Of a stretch of 64,000 nucleotides of DNA, positions 1-7,968 are shown in pieces. This stretch comes from an uncultured delta proteobacterium (GTDB taxonomy: Bacteria > Myxococcota_A > Polyangia > Palsa-1104): positions 1-64,000 of the forward strand of contig CAWAWS010000020.1 in assembly GCA_963785725.1 (NCBI GenBank). The letters run 5' to 3'. Both the position numbers and the translations under genes were made by a program. Each line of letters opens with the position of its first letter. Position 1 is the first letter of the stretch. The notes beneath the pieces are model-generated. The model worked only from the letters and a program-made list of their open reading frames with translations, was not told the origin of the DNA and searched no databases.

Positions 1-716
1 ACGCGCACTACGGAAGCCATGCAGCGCACCCAGCTTGAGCGCGAGCGTGCCTCGGCGGCGCGCGAGCGGGAGCTCATGAACGCGCAGGTCGAGGCGCAGC
101 GGGCACTGATCGAGAGCCAGCGTTCGCAAATGCAGCTCGTCGTGTCGCTGTTCGAGCGCGTTACAGGCGCAGGCGATCCGGTGTCGCTGATCAAGCAGCA
201 CACGAGCATTCAGCGCGCGATCGACAGGCAGCGCAACGCGGACGAGGAGGCCTATCAGCCCATTGCGCAGACCGAAGTGCCGTGGTGGGTCTCTGTGGTC
301 TCGCAGCTCGCGCCGGCGGTCGGAATGTGGGCTGCGGGCAAGTCGCCGCAAGAGATTGCGGCGGCGCTGGCCCAGCAGGCCGGCGCGGGGCTTTCGATTC
401 CGATCGCTCAGGCCGCTGTGACGGTTCCGGCAGCACCAGCGCCCGCGCCCATCGAGACGCGGAGCGGACGCCCGCTCCGCCGACTGTGCCAGCCGGACCG
501 ACGCCGAACGAGAAGATGCAACAGGCGCTCGACACGATGAGCGAAGCGGAGCGGACGGCGATCAAGAAGGCGGTCGAACGACTCAGCGATGATGTCTTCG
601 AACGGATGATGCGCTACGTTGCAGGGCTCTCCGTCGCCGAAACTGCCGCGTGGGTTCGCTCGAACTTCGTTGAAGCGACCACGCCTTCTCCGACGAACGG
701 CCAAGTGCTCGGATGA
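1..716 (+). CDS. Element hypothetical protein (coiled coil, Ala/Pro linker, C-terminal helical domain); probably 5'-truncated by the window, with a frameshift near 450-470
   Basis: ORF 19..540 (coiled coil, PWWVSVVSQLAP) continues plausibly in the frame of ORF 282..716 (PAPPTVPAGPTPNEKMQQALD...); stop overlaps the next ATG (ATGA, 713-716). Confidence 0.65.
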
Positions 717-1302
717 AGGCAGTCACACGACGCGAGCTGATGGACATGCTGGCGCCGATGGCGGGCGCGGTCCTGGGCGGCGCCTGCTGCAGCTTCGTAG
801 CCGAGCGACTGAGCCTCCGCAAAGAGGCGGTGGCGCTCGGCGCGCTCGCCGGCGGTCTCGCGATAGCCGGACACACGCGCGGGCTCGCGCAACAGTTGGC
901 GACCGGAGTCGCGGCTGCGGGCGCCTCCGTGCTTGCCATGGAAATCCTGGCTCGACTGCGGCCCGATTGGACGCTGTTCGCGGCTCGACGTCAGCCGCGA
1001 CGGCGACCCAAGCGGTCACGCGACATGAGCTGCAGGAGGCGCTGGCGCGAGCGGAAGCCAAACGGAACGACGCCGCTGACGACGGCAACGACGCCAGCGA
1101 ATGAACCGACTCAGGACCAAGTCGAAGCGGTCTGAATCGGCTGTCATCAGAGGAGCGGATCGCGCTCGAAGACTTGCGCAGCAAATCACCAGCGCTTGTC
1201 ATCCTGCAGGTCGAGCAGCAGCTCCGCAGCATCTCGACAGAGGAGGGCGTCGCCTTCTTGCGGGCGCACGTGTTGCCGCACGCGAGCCCGCATGCGCGCT
1301 GA
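713..1302 (+). CDS. Element hypothetical membrane protein with a C-terminal helical domain; apparent frameshifts near 985, 1075 and 1131
   Basis: Hydrophobic Gly/Ala-rich N-terminus; unlisted frame 1132-1302 reads LNRLSSEERIALEDLRSKSPALVILQVEQQLRSISTEEGVAFLRAHVLPHASPHAR*, with its stop overlapping the next start. Confidence 0.55.
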
Positions 1303-2164
1303 CGACTCCACGCTCATGCAGGCGGTGCTCGCGCGAGACGCGCGGGCTTGGCGGCAGTTCGTCGCTTTGCACGAGCCGCGCTTGCGCCAGGCTGCCCACG
1401 AGGCGGTTCTCGAAGAGCGAGTGCTCACGGAGGATGAAGTCGACGACGTGCTGGGCGATTTCTGGCTCATGTTGCTGGAGGACGATTTGCGTCGGCTGCG
1501 CGGCTTCGCCGGCGATGACCTGGCCGCGTGGCTGACCCTGCTCGCGGGTCAGCTCGCCGCAAACCGCCTCCGGCGGCTCGCCCGCCAGCCCAGGACGGAG
1601 CCGCTGCCGGACGGCGACCGCATTGCGGCTCTGCCGGTCAGCGACCTTCTGACGACGTCAGAGGCCGCCAGCTACTGCGGATTCAAGACGACCGCCGGCC
1701 TGCGCAAAGCCAAGATGCAAGGCCGCGTGGCCGCTGTCGGACGGCGCGGCGGCGTCGGCCCGATGATGTGGAGCCGGAGTGACCTGAATCACTTTCTGCG
1801 AGGGGCTGCGCCCGGGCATATAATCCTGGGCTGCGCGGGAACGCCCCCACCAAGGGGCACGCATGAGCAAGAAGTGGGTCATGAAATGGAACGTCTACAT
1901 AGCCGAGCGCCCGATCCGACCGGGCGTCTGGAGAAGGAGGGACGGAGGCTTTCTCGTACGGGGAAAGGCGATGGATCCCCGCACGCGTCGACGCAAGGAA
2001 GTGAAGAAGGTCTACCTCGACACGGAGGACCCCGACGTGGCGCTGGCGCGCCTCCGCGAAGAGCTGCAGCAGACCCGGCAGGGCGCGAGCCGAGAGGCTC
2101 GAACGCTGCCGCGGTTCAGCGAATTCGCAGCCTCGTTACTGGAGCGAAAGCTCGCGTCGGCTGA
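1292..2164 (+). CDS. Sigma70 region-2-like domain fused to an excisionase-like (HTH_17) domain; C-terminal extension overlaps the integrase
   Basis: DSTLMQAVLARDARAWRQFV...EVDDVLGDFWLMLL...LAAWL...AANRLRR resembles ECF region 2; LLTTSEAASYCG...MWSRSDLNHFL resembles Xis/HTH_17; ATG at 1292. Confidence 0.7.
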   Translation: MRADDSTLMQAVLARDARAWRQFVALHEPRLRQAAHEAVLEERVLTEDEVDDVLGDFWLMLLEDDLRRLRGFAGDDLAAWLTLLAGQLAANRLRRLARQPRTEPLPDGDRIAALPVSDLLTTSEAASYCGFKTTAGLRKAKMQGRVAAVGRRGGVGPMMWSRSDLNHFLRGAAPGHIILGCAGTPPPRGTHEQEVGHEMERLHSRAPDPTGRLEKEGRRLSRTGKGDGSPHASTQGSEEGLPRHGGPRRGAGAPPRRAAADPAGREPRGSNAAAVQRIRSLVTGAKARVG

Positions 2165-3371
2165 GATCAAGAGCGGCAAGTCGATCGAGGTCTGGGGCAC
2201 CGTGCTGGAGAAGCACCTGATTCCGGCGTTCGGCGAATATCGCGTCGACGAGCTCACCAAGCTCGACGTCGAGGAGTGGAAATCGAAGATGGGGCGGCTC
2301 GTTCACAGCGGCAAGTACGCTCCAGCGACGGTCAACAATCTCCTCAAGTACCTGCGAGTGATCATCAATGCGGCGTGCGCGGATTACGAGCTGGAGCGCA
2401 ATCCGATCACGTACGTCAAAGACCTCGATGCGTCCGAGCACCACACGTACACCGAAGAGGAGCCGAACTCGCTCACCGCCGACGAAATGCCGAAGTTCCT
2501 GGCGGCGGTGCGCGACCTCTATCCGCAGCATTTTGCGTTCGTCGCGCTCGGATTCGCGACGGGGCTTCGGCCGTCTCACATGCGGCCACTCCGTCGAAAG
2601 GGCGCGACGCCGGACGTGAACTGGGAGGAGGGCACGCTGCTCGTCCGTCGATCGGAAACGGCCGGGAAGGTCATGAACACGACCAAGACCAACCTGCTGC
2701 AGAAGATCGGGCTGCCGAAGGATCTGATGTCGATCCTGAAGTGGCAGGCGGACCGCATCGACGCCTCGATCGGGCCGATGCGCGACTCGGAGCTGCTGTT
2801 CCCGTCGGAAACGGGAGGCTTCCGCGCCGCGAGCTGCCTCGACAAGCCATTCGACAGCGTGGGCGAAGCGCTCAAGCTGAAGAAGGCGATCACGGCGCGC
2901 GCGATGCGGCGGACGTTCAACGACCTGTGCCGCCGGGCGCGGGTCGAGAGCGTGGTGACGAGGTCGATCTCGGGTCACGCGACGGAGCAGATGAAGCAGC
3001 ACTACGAGACCGTGGACGTGGAGGAGAAGCGCGACAGCCTCGCGAAAGTCATCTCGCTGGCCGGCTTCCGCCAGGCGTTCCTCGGAAGCGTGGGTGCTCC
3101 GGATTCTGGCTGCTGCCGCGGACGGTGGAGCGCTGCATTGACTGCCGCGAACGTGATCGAAAGGCTGCGGGTGCTCCGGACAGCGACGGGAAATCGGATA
3201 TCGATCTGTCGAAAGGGTAGGCCAGGAACAAAAACACCCAGATCGAAGGGCGACCTGGGTGCTCATTGGGGTGCTCCGGAGGAGCCTGGAGCCGCTAAGT
3301 ACTTGTGGGGCGTGCAGGATTCGGACCTGCGACTTCCACCGTGTGAGGATGGCACTCTACCGCTGAGTTAA
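1863..3371 (+). CDS. int: Tyrosine recombinase/integrase
   Basis: TGLRPS (catalytic R), RAMRRT (HxxR position), SGH and HY motifs; adjacent to tRNA; the conserved core appears to end near 3080 but the frame stays open to TAA 3369-3371. Confidence 0.92.
   Translation: MSKKWVMKWNVYIAERPIRPGVWRRRDGGFLVRGKAMDPRTRRRKEVKKVYLDTEDPDVALARLREELQQTRQGASREARTLPRFSEFAASLLERKLASAEIKSGKSIEVWGTVLEKHLIPAFGEYRVDELTKLDVEEWKSKMGRLVHSGKYAPATVNNLLKYLRVIINAACADYELERNPITYVKDLDASEHHTYTEEEPNSLTADEMPKFLAAVRDLYPQHFAFVALGFATGLRPSHMRPLRRKGATPDVNWEEGTLLVRRSETAGKVMNTTKTNLLQKIGLPKDLMSILKWQADRIDASIGPMRDSELLFPSETGGFRAASCLDKPFDSVGEALKLKKAITARAMRRTFNDLCRRARVESVVTRSISGHATEQMKQHYETVDVEEKRDSLAKVISLAGFRQAFLGSVGAPDSGCCRGRWSAALTAANVIERLRVLRTATGNRISICRKGRPGTKTPRSKGDLGAHWGAPEEPGAAKYLWGVQDSDLRLPPCEDGTLPLS
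3092..3280 (+). repeat. Direct repeats GGGTGCTCCGGA (candidate integrase arm-type sites)
   Basis: Exact 12-mer at 3092-3103, 3169-3180 and 3269-3280; partial GGGTGCTC at 3257-3264. Confidence 0.8.
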
Positions 3372-3377
3372 CGCCCC
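3306..3377 (-). tRNA. tRNA-Val (anticodon CAC)
   Basis: Acceptor stem GGGGCGT/ACGCCCC, D-stem ACTC/GAGT, anticodon arm CCATC-CTCACAC-GGTGG, T-arm GCAGG-TCCGAAT-CCTGC; CCA not encoded. Confidence 0.93.
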
Positions 3378-3394
3378 GAAACAACGTCGCGCCT

Positions 3395-3423
3395 TTTCTA
3401 ACCTCGCGCCACCGCCACGTCAA
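3395..3423 (-). promoter_or_regulatory. Candidate sigma70 promoter of tRNA-Val
   Basis: TTGACG-17 nt-TAGAAA on the minus strand just upstream of the tRNA. Confidence 0.45.
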
Positions 3424-3482
3424 GTAGCTCTTTCGCCTCGCCCGCCGACCACCCCGCCACCGCCACCTGCTACATTCGCCGC

Positions 3483-4385
3483 GTGCTCCGCGCCACCGCC
3501 CTCACCATGCGCTTCGCCGGCGGCGTCACCGCGCTCGACGCCGTCTCGTTCGAAGCCCGCGCCGGCCAAGTCCTCGGCTTTCTCGGCCCCAACGGCGCCG
3601 GCAAAACCACCGCCATGCGCATCTGCACCGGCTTCCTCGCGCCCACGTCCGGTCGCGTGACCATCGGTGACGTCGATGTCGCCGACGATCCGCTCGCCGC
3701 CCGCGCCCGCCTCGGCTACTTGCCGGAATCGGTGCCGCTCTACCCCGAGATGCGCGTCGACGAATACCTCGGCTATCGCGCGGCCCTCAAAGGCGTGCCG
3801 GCGAAAATCCGCCGCGCCCGCATCGACGAAGCCATCGCCTCCGTCGCCATCGCGCCCGAACGCCGCCGCGTCATCGGACAGCTGTCCAAAGGCTACCGCC
3901 AGCGCGTCGGGCTCGCCGACGCCCTGCTCCACGCGCCCGACGTGCTCATCCTCGACGAGCCCACCGACGGCCTCGATCCCAACCAACGCCGCGACATACT
4001 CGATCTCATCGCGCGGCTGGGCCAAGATCGCGCCGTGATCCTGTCGACGCACATCTTGCCCGAGGTGGAGGCGGTCTGCGCGCGCGTCGTCATCCTCGAT
4101 CGCGGCCGCGTCATCGCCGAGGGCGCGCCCGCCGCGCTCATCGACGCCGACCGCGACCTGCACGTCGTCGCCCGCGGCGAACGCGACGCGCTCGTCGCCG
4201 CCATGCGCGCCGTCGACGGCGTCGTCAGCGTCGACGGCGAAGCCGACCGCTACCGCGTCCGCAGCGACCGCGACGTCCGCGAGCCGCTCGCCCGCGCCAT
4301 CCTCGCCGTCGGCGAATTACGCGAGCTGCGCCCCGCCGCCGCCGGCCTCGAGCGCGTCTTCGCGACGCTGACCGGTCGCGCATGA
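3483..4385 (+). CDS. ABC transporter ATP-binding protein (GldA-like)
   Basis: GPNGAGKTT Walker A, LSKGYRQR signature, ILDEP Walker B. Confidence 0.92.
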   Translation: MLRATALTMRFAGGVTALDAVSFEARAGQVLGFLGPNGAGKTTAMRICTGFLAPTSGRVTIGDVDVADDPLAARARLGYLPESVPLYPEMRVDEYLGYRAALKGVPAKIRRARIDEAIASVAIAPERRRVIGQLSKGYRQRVGLADALLHAPDVLILDEPTDGLDPNQRRDILDLIARLGQDRAVILSTHILPEVEAVCARVVILDRGRVIAEGAPAALIDADRDLHVVARGERDALVAAMRAVDGVVSVDGEADRYRVRSDRDVREPLARAILAVGELRELRPAAAGLERVFATLTGRA

Positions 4386-6586
4386 AGAGCCTCGTCATCG
4401 CCCGCCGCGAGCTCGCCGCCTACTTCTTCTCGCCCATTTCCTATCTAGTCGCGACGCTATTCTTAGTGGTCGAAGGTTACAGCTTCAGTCTCTTCGTCAG
4501 CGTCCTCAATCAAACCCAAGCCATGCACGGCGCCGTCCTCCACTATTTCTTCGGCGGCACCTTCCTCTTTTGGCTCTTCGTCATGTTCCTCACCGCCGTC
4601 CTCACGATGCGCCTCATCGCCGAGGAGCGCCGCTCCAACACGCTCGAGCCGTTACTGACTGCGCCCGTCGCCGCGCCCAGCATCATCCTCGGTAAGTATC
4701 TCGCTTGTGTCTGTTTCTATGTCGCTCTATGGCTACCGACTTTACTCTATGTCGCTATCTTGGCCGCCTATAGCCCGGCCGATTCCGCGCTCGATCCCGG
4801 TCCAATCATCGCCGGTTATCTCGGGACGTTCTTGGTCTCGTCCTCGGCTTTGGCGCTCGGCCTCTTCTTTTCGACGGTCACGCGCAATCAGATCCTCGCC
4901 GCCGTCCTCTCTTTTGTCACGCTATCGATGCTGCTTTTGGTCGGTGTCTTAGGCGACACGTTGGTGCGCAACGGACATTGGGCGGCGATTCTCGACTACA
5001 TAAACCTGTTCAAACACATGGAGGACTTCGGGCGCGGCATCGTCGATTCGCGCCATGTCGTCTATCACCTCGGCATCATCGTCGTCGCCCTGTTCGCGGC
5101 CGCGCGCGCCTTGGCGCTCGGTCACGCCGCGTCGCCCGGCCGTCGCGCCGCCGCCGAGCTGGCACTATTGATACTGATCGTCATCGGGATCGACTATTTG
5201 TCGGCGCGTCATTGGCTGCGCGGCGATTGGACCCGCGGCCGCACCTTTGCGCTGTCGGACAAGACGAACGAGCTCATCGGCACGCTCAAACGCGACGTCG
5301 ACGTGCTCGTCTTCATGGCGCCCAATGGTACGTATGCGAACGATCTCTATGGCGACGTCCACGAGCTGCTCGAGCGGGCGCGACGGCTGTCGGCGCACCT
5401 GCACGTCGAATATGTCGACATCGATCGCGAGCCCGAGCGCGCCAAGACGGTCGCCAAGAAGTACGGCATCTTCGAGGACGACATGCGCGACGGCGTCATC
5501 GTCGTCGCCGCGGGCACGCAGTCGAAGTTCATCGCGCGCAACGACTTGGGCGACTACGACTACGCCGCGGCCGCGCAATCGGGCGGCCCGGCGCCGCTCA
5601 AGCAGTGGAAAGGCGAGCAGGCGCTCGACAGCGCCATCTTGGCCGTCACCGACGAGAAGGCGCCCAACGTCTGCTTCATCAGCGGCCACGGCGAGCCGGC
5701 CATCGACGGCTTTCAGCCCGGCGATTACGGCGATTTCGCGGCCGAGCTCAAGCGCGACCACCAGGCGCCGCGCGCCATCACGCTCGATCGCGGCGTGCCC
5801 GCCGACTGCGACGCGACGGTGCTGGCCGGACCCGAGCAGCCGCTGCCCAAGCCCGATGTCTACGAGCTCGCGCAGCTGCTCGAGCGCGGTGGCCGCTTGT
5901 TGGTGCTGCTCGGCCCCACCTTCGACGATCGCGTGACCCGCTTCGTCGACGTCGGCGTCGAGGATCTGCTCGATCGTTGGGGCGCGTCGGTGCGCAACGA
6001 CGTCGTCGTCGATGAGCCGCGGCTGCGCGGCTCATCGGTCGCGTTCGCCGTCACCGAAGGCTACAGCGACCATCCGATTACGCGCCATTTGCAGCATCAT
6101 CAGACCGTGTGGAGCGACGTGCGCCAAGTCGAGCCCGCGCCCAAGCCCGGCGTCGACGCCAGCGCCATCATCCACACCAGCGACGACGGCTGGGGCGAGA
6201 CGAACCTCGGCATCTTCCGCGCCGAAGCCGAGCTGCGGTACGATCCGGGCGTCGACGTCAAAGGGCCGCTCGCCATCGCCGTCGCCGCCGAGCGCACCGA
6301 CGGCACCGGCAAAGGCGCGCGGCTCGTCGTGCTCGGCTCGTCCGACATCGCCGCCAACCGCGTCATCGTCGGCTTCAACCGCGAGCTCCTGTTGTCGTCG
6401 CTGGCGTGGCTGGAAGCGCGTGGGACCAATCGCGCCGTCGCCGCCATTGGGCCGCGCACGCCCGAGCAGCTGCGCCTGTCGCTCGACGACAGCCAGCTGC
6501 GCCGCATCTTTTGGCTGTGCGTGCTCGGGCTGCCGCTGTTGGCGCTCCTCATCGGCGCCGGCATCTATTGGATTCGCCGCTCGTGA
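4382..6586 (+). CDS. ABC-2 permease fused to a GldG-like auxiliary domain (GldF-GldG-like)
   Basis: N-terminal multi-TM permease (RELAAYFFSP, MRLIAEERR) followed by DWTRGRTFALS and GHGE motifs and a C-terminal TM. Confidence 0.85.
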   Translation: MKSLVIARRELAAYFFSPISYLVATLFLVVEGYSFSLFVSVLNQTQAMHGAVLHYFFGGTFLFWLFVMFLTAVLTMRLIAEERRSNTLEPLLTAPVAAPSIILGKYLACVCFYVALWLPTLLYVAILAAYSPADSALDPGPIIAGYLGTFLVSSSALALGLFFSTVTRNQILAAVLSFVTLSMLLLVGVLGDTLVRNGHWAAILDYINLFKHMEDFGRGIVDSRHVVYHLGIIVVALFAAARALALGHAASPGRRAAAELALLILIVIGIDYLSARHWLRGDWTRGRTFALSDKTNELIGTLKRDVDVLVFMAPNGTYANDLYGDVHELLERARRLSAHLHVEYVDIDREPERAKTVAKKYGIFEDDMRDGVIVVAAGTQSKFIARNDLGDYDYAAAAQSGGPAPLKQWKGEQALDSAILAVTDEKAPNVCFISGHGEPAIDGFQPGDYGDFAAELKRDHQAPRAITLDRGVPADCDATVLAGPEQPLPKPDVYELAQLLERGGRLLVLLGPTFDDRVTRFVDVGVEDLLDRWGASVRNDVVVDEPRLRGSSVAFAVTEGYSDHPITRHLQHHQTVWSDVRQVEPAPKPGVDASAIIHTSDDGWGETNLGIFRAEAELRYDPGVDVKGPLAIAVAAERTDGTGKGARLVVLGSSDIAANRVIVGFNRELLLSSLAWLEARGTNRAVAAIGPRTPEQLRLSLDDSQLRRIFWLCVLGLPLLALLIGAGIYWIRRS

Positions 6587-7830
6587 AGCGCCCACCGGCG
6601 ACGCTGCTCGTGTTGTCGGCGGTGGCGGCGGTGGTCGCGGCGCTGCTCATGTGGGATCGCGGTCGTCCGGCCAGCGACGACCTCGCGCGCGATCGCGAAC
6701 GCCTGCTGCCGCGATTCGATCGCGCGGCCGCGACGGAGCTGACGCTCACGCGCGGCGGCGTCACGACGGCGCTGCGCCACGAAGCGGGCGGCTGGTACAC
6801 GACGACGCCGCATCGCCGCGCCGACGACGCCGCCGTGGAGGCGCTGCTGGGCGCGCTCGAGTACGGCCAGATCGAGCGGCGGGTCGCGCATATCGACGCG
6901 GCCACGCGCGCGCAGCTCGGCCTCGACCAGCCGCGCGTCGTCATCGCCGTCGGCGGACACGTCTTGCGCGTCGGCGGCGAGGCGCCGGCGCGCGCCGTCT
7001 ACGTGCAGCGCGACGACGAGGACGACGCGCTCGTGGCCGACCATCGCCTCATCGAAACCGCCGATCTCGATCCGTCGCTGTGGCGGTCGCTGCGTCTGAC
7101 GCTGTCGGAGCCGGGCGACGCTACGCGCGTGGCGTTCGGCGCGTGGGCGGTGGCGCGGCACCGTGGTTGGCGCGTCACGGCGCCGGTCGAGACGCGCGCC
7201 GACGACGCCAAAGTCGACGCGCTCGTGCAGTCGCTGGTGCGCATCCGCGCCAAACGCGTGCTCGCCGACGACAGCGCAGACGCGACGCAGGCGGCGACGG
7301 GCGTCGCGCTGGCCCTCGAAGGCGTCGTCGAGGCGCGCCTCGGCGGCGCCTGCCCGAACGCGCCCGCCGAGACCGAGGTCTTACGCAGCGACGGCGCCCG
7401 CCTCTGCTTCGCGACGACCGATCTCAACCTCCTGCGTGCGCCGGCGACGTCACTGTATCAGCGCCGGCTGTTTCCGTTGCGCCTCGATGACCTCGTCGCC
7501 GCCGACGTGGACGCGCTGTCGCTGCGCCGCGCCGACGGTCGCTGGCAGATCGTCGCGCCCGCGGCCGCGGCTGGTCCGGCCAGCGACGACGCCGTGCGCG
7601 CCTGGCTCGAGCCGCTCTTGGCCGCCGAAGCGCGCGCGTTTGCGGCCGCGGCGCCCGTCGCCGGCGTGCACGTGCGGCTGGCCACGCGCGACGACGAGGT
7701 CAGCGCCGACGTGGCTAGGGCCGCCGCTCGCCGCGCCGGCGAGAGCGTGACGCTCGAGCTGACGACGCCGCTCGTGCCGACCGTCGACCCGGCCAAGCTG
7801 CGCGCCGCCAATCCAACGCCCGAGCCGTAG
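6583..7830 (+). CDS. DUF4340-like protein
   Basis: GTG start overlapping the upstream stop; N-terminal TM; repeated W..P..RADDAAV..LL units; usual position after GldG-like genes. Confidence 0.75.
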   Translation: MKRPPATLLVLSAVAAVVAALLMWDRGRPASDDLARDRERLLPRFDRAAATELTLTRGGVTTALRHEAGGWYTTTPHRRADDAAVEALLGALEYGQIERRVAHIDAATRAQLGLDQPRVVIAVGGHVLRVGGEAPARAVYVQRDDEDDALVADHRLIETADLDPSLWRSLRLTLSEPGDATRVAFGAWAVARHRGWRVTAPVETRADDAKVDALVQSLVRIRAKRVLADDSADATQAATGVALALEGVVEARLGGACPNAPAETEVLRSDGARLCFATTDLNLLRAPATSLYQRRLFPLRLDDLVAADVDALSLRRADGRWQIVAPAAAAGPASDDAVRAWLEPLLAAEARAFAAAAPVAGVHVRLATRDDEVSADVARAAARRAGESVTLELTTPLVPTVDPAKLRAANPTPEP

Positions 7831-7968
7831 CTCGACCGCCTTCCGCACTCGAAGACACGCTTCGTGCCCAAAGCGCCGCCGCGATCGTGATCGCGCGCAA
7901 CTTCGACGCATTATTTCGTTGATCTCCGGACGCGCGATCCGCATCTTGCGAAATTGGAGGTGGGAAGG

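Larger units (their letters stand above)
1..3306. mobile_element. Right end of a tRNA-Val-integrated element (prophage/IME-like); left end lies outside the window
   Basis: Xis-like HTH plus tyrosine integrase directly abutting the 3' end of a tRNA gene; repeated 12-mers between them; host-like genes start immediately beyond the tRNA. Confidence 0.85.

Noticed and set aside
3092..3280. Possible mini-CRISPR array
   Set aside because: Repeats are only 12 bp with irregular spacing, and there are no cas genes; better explained as att arm sites
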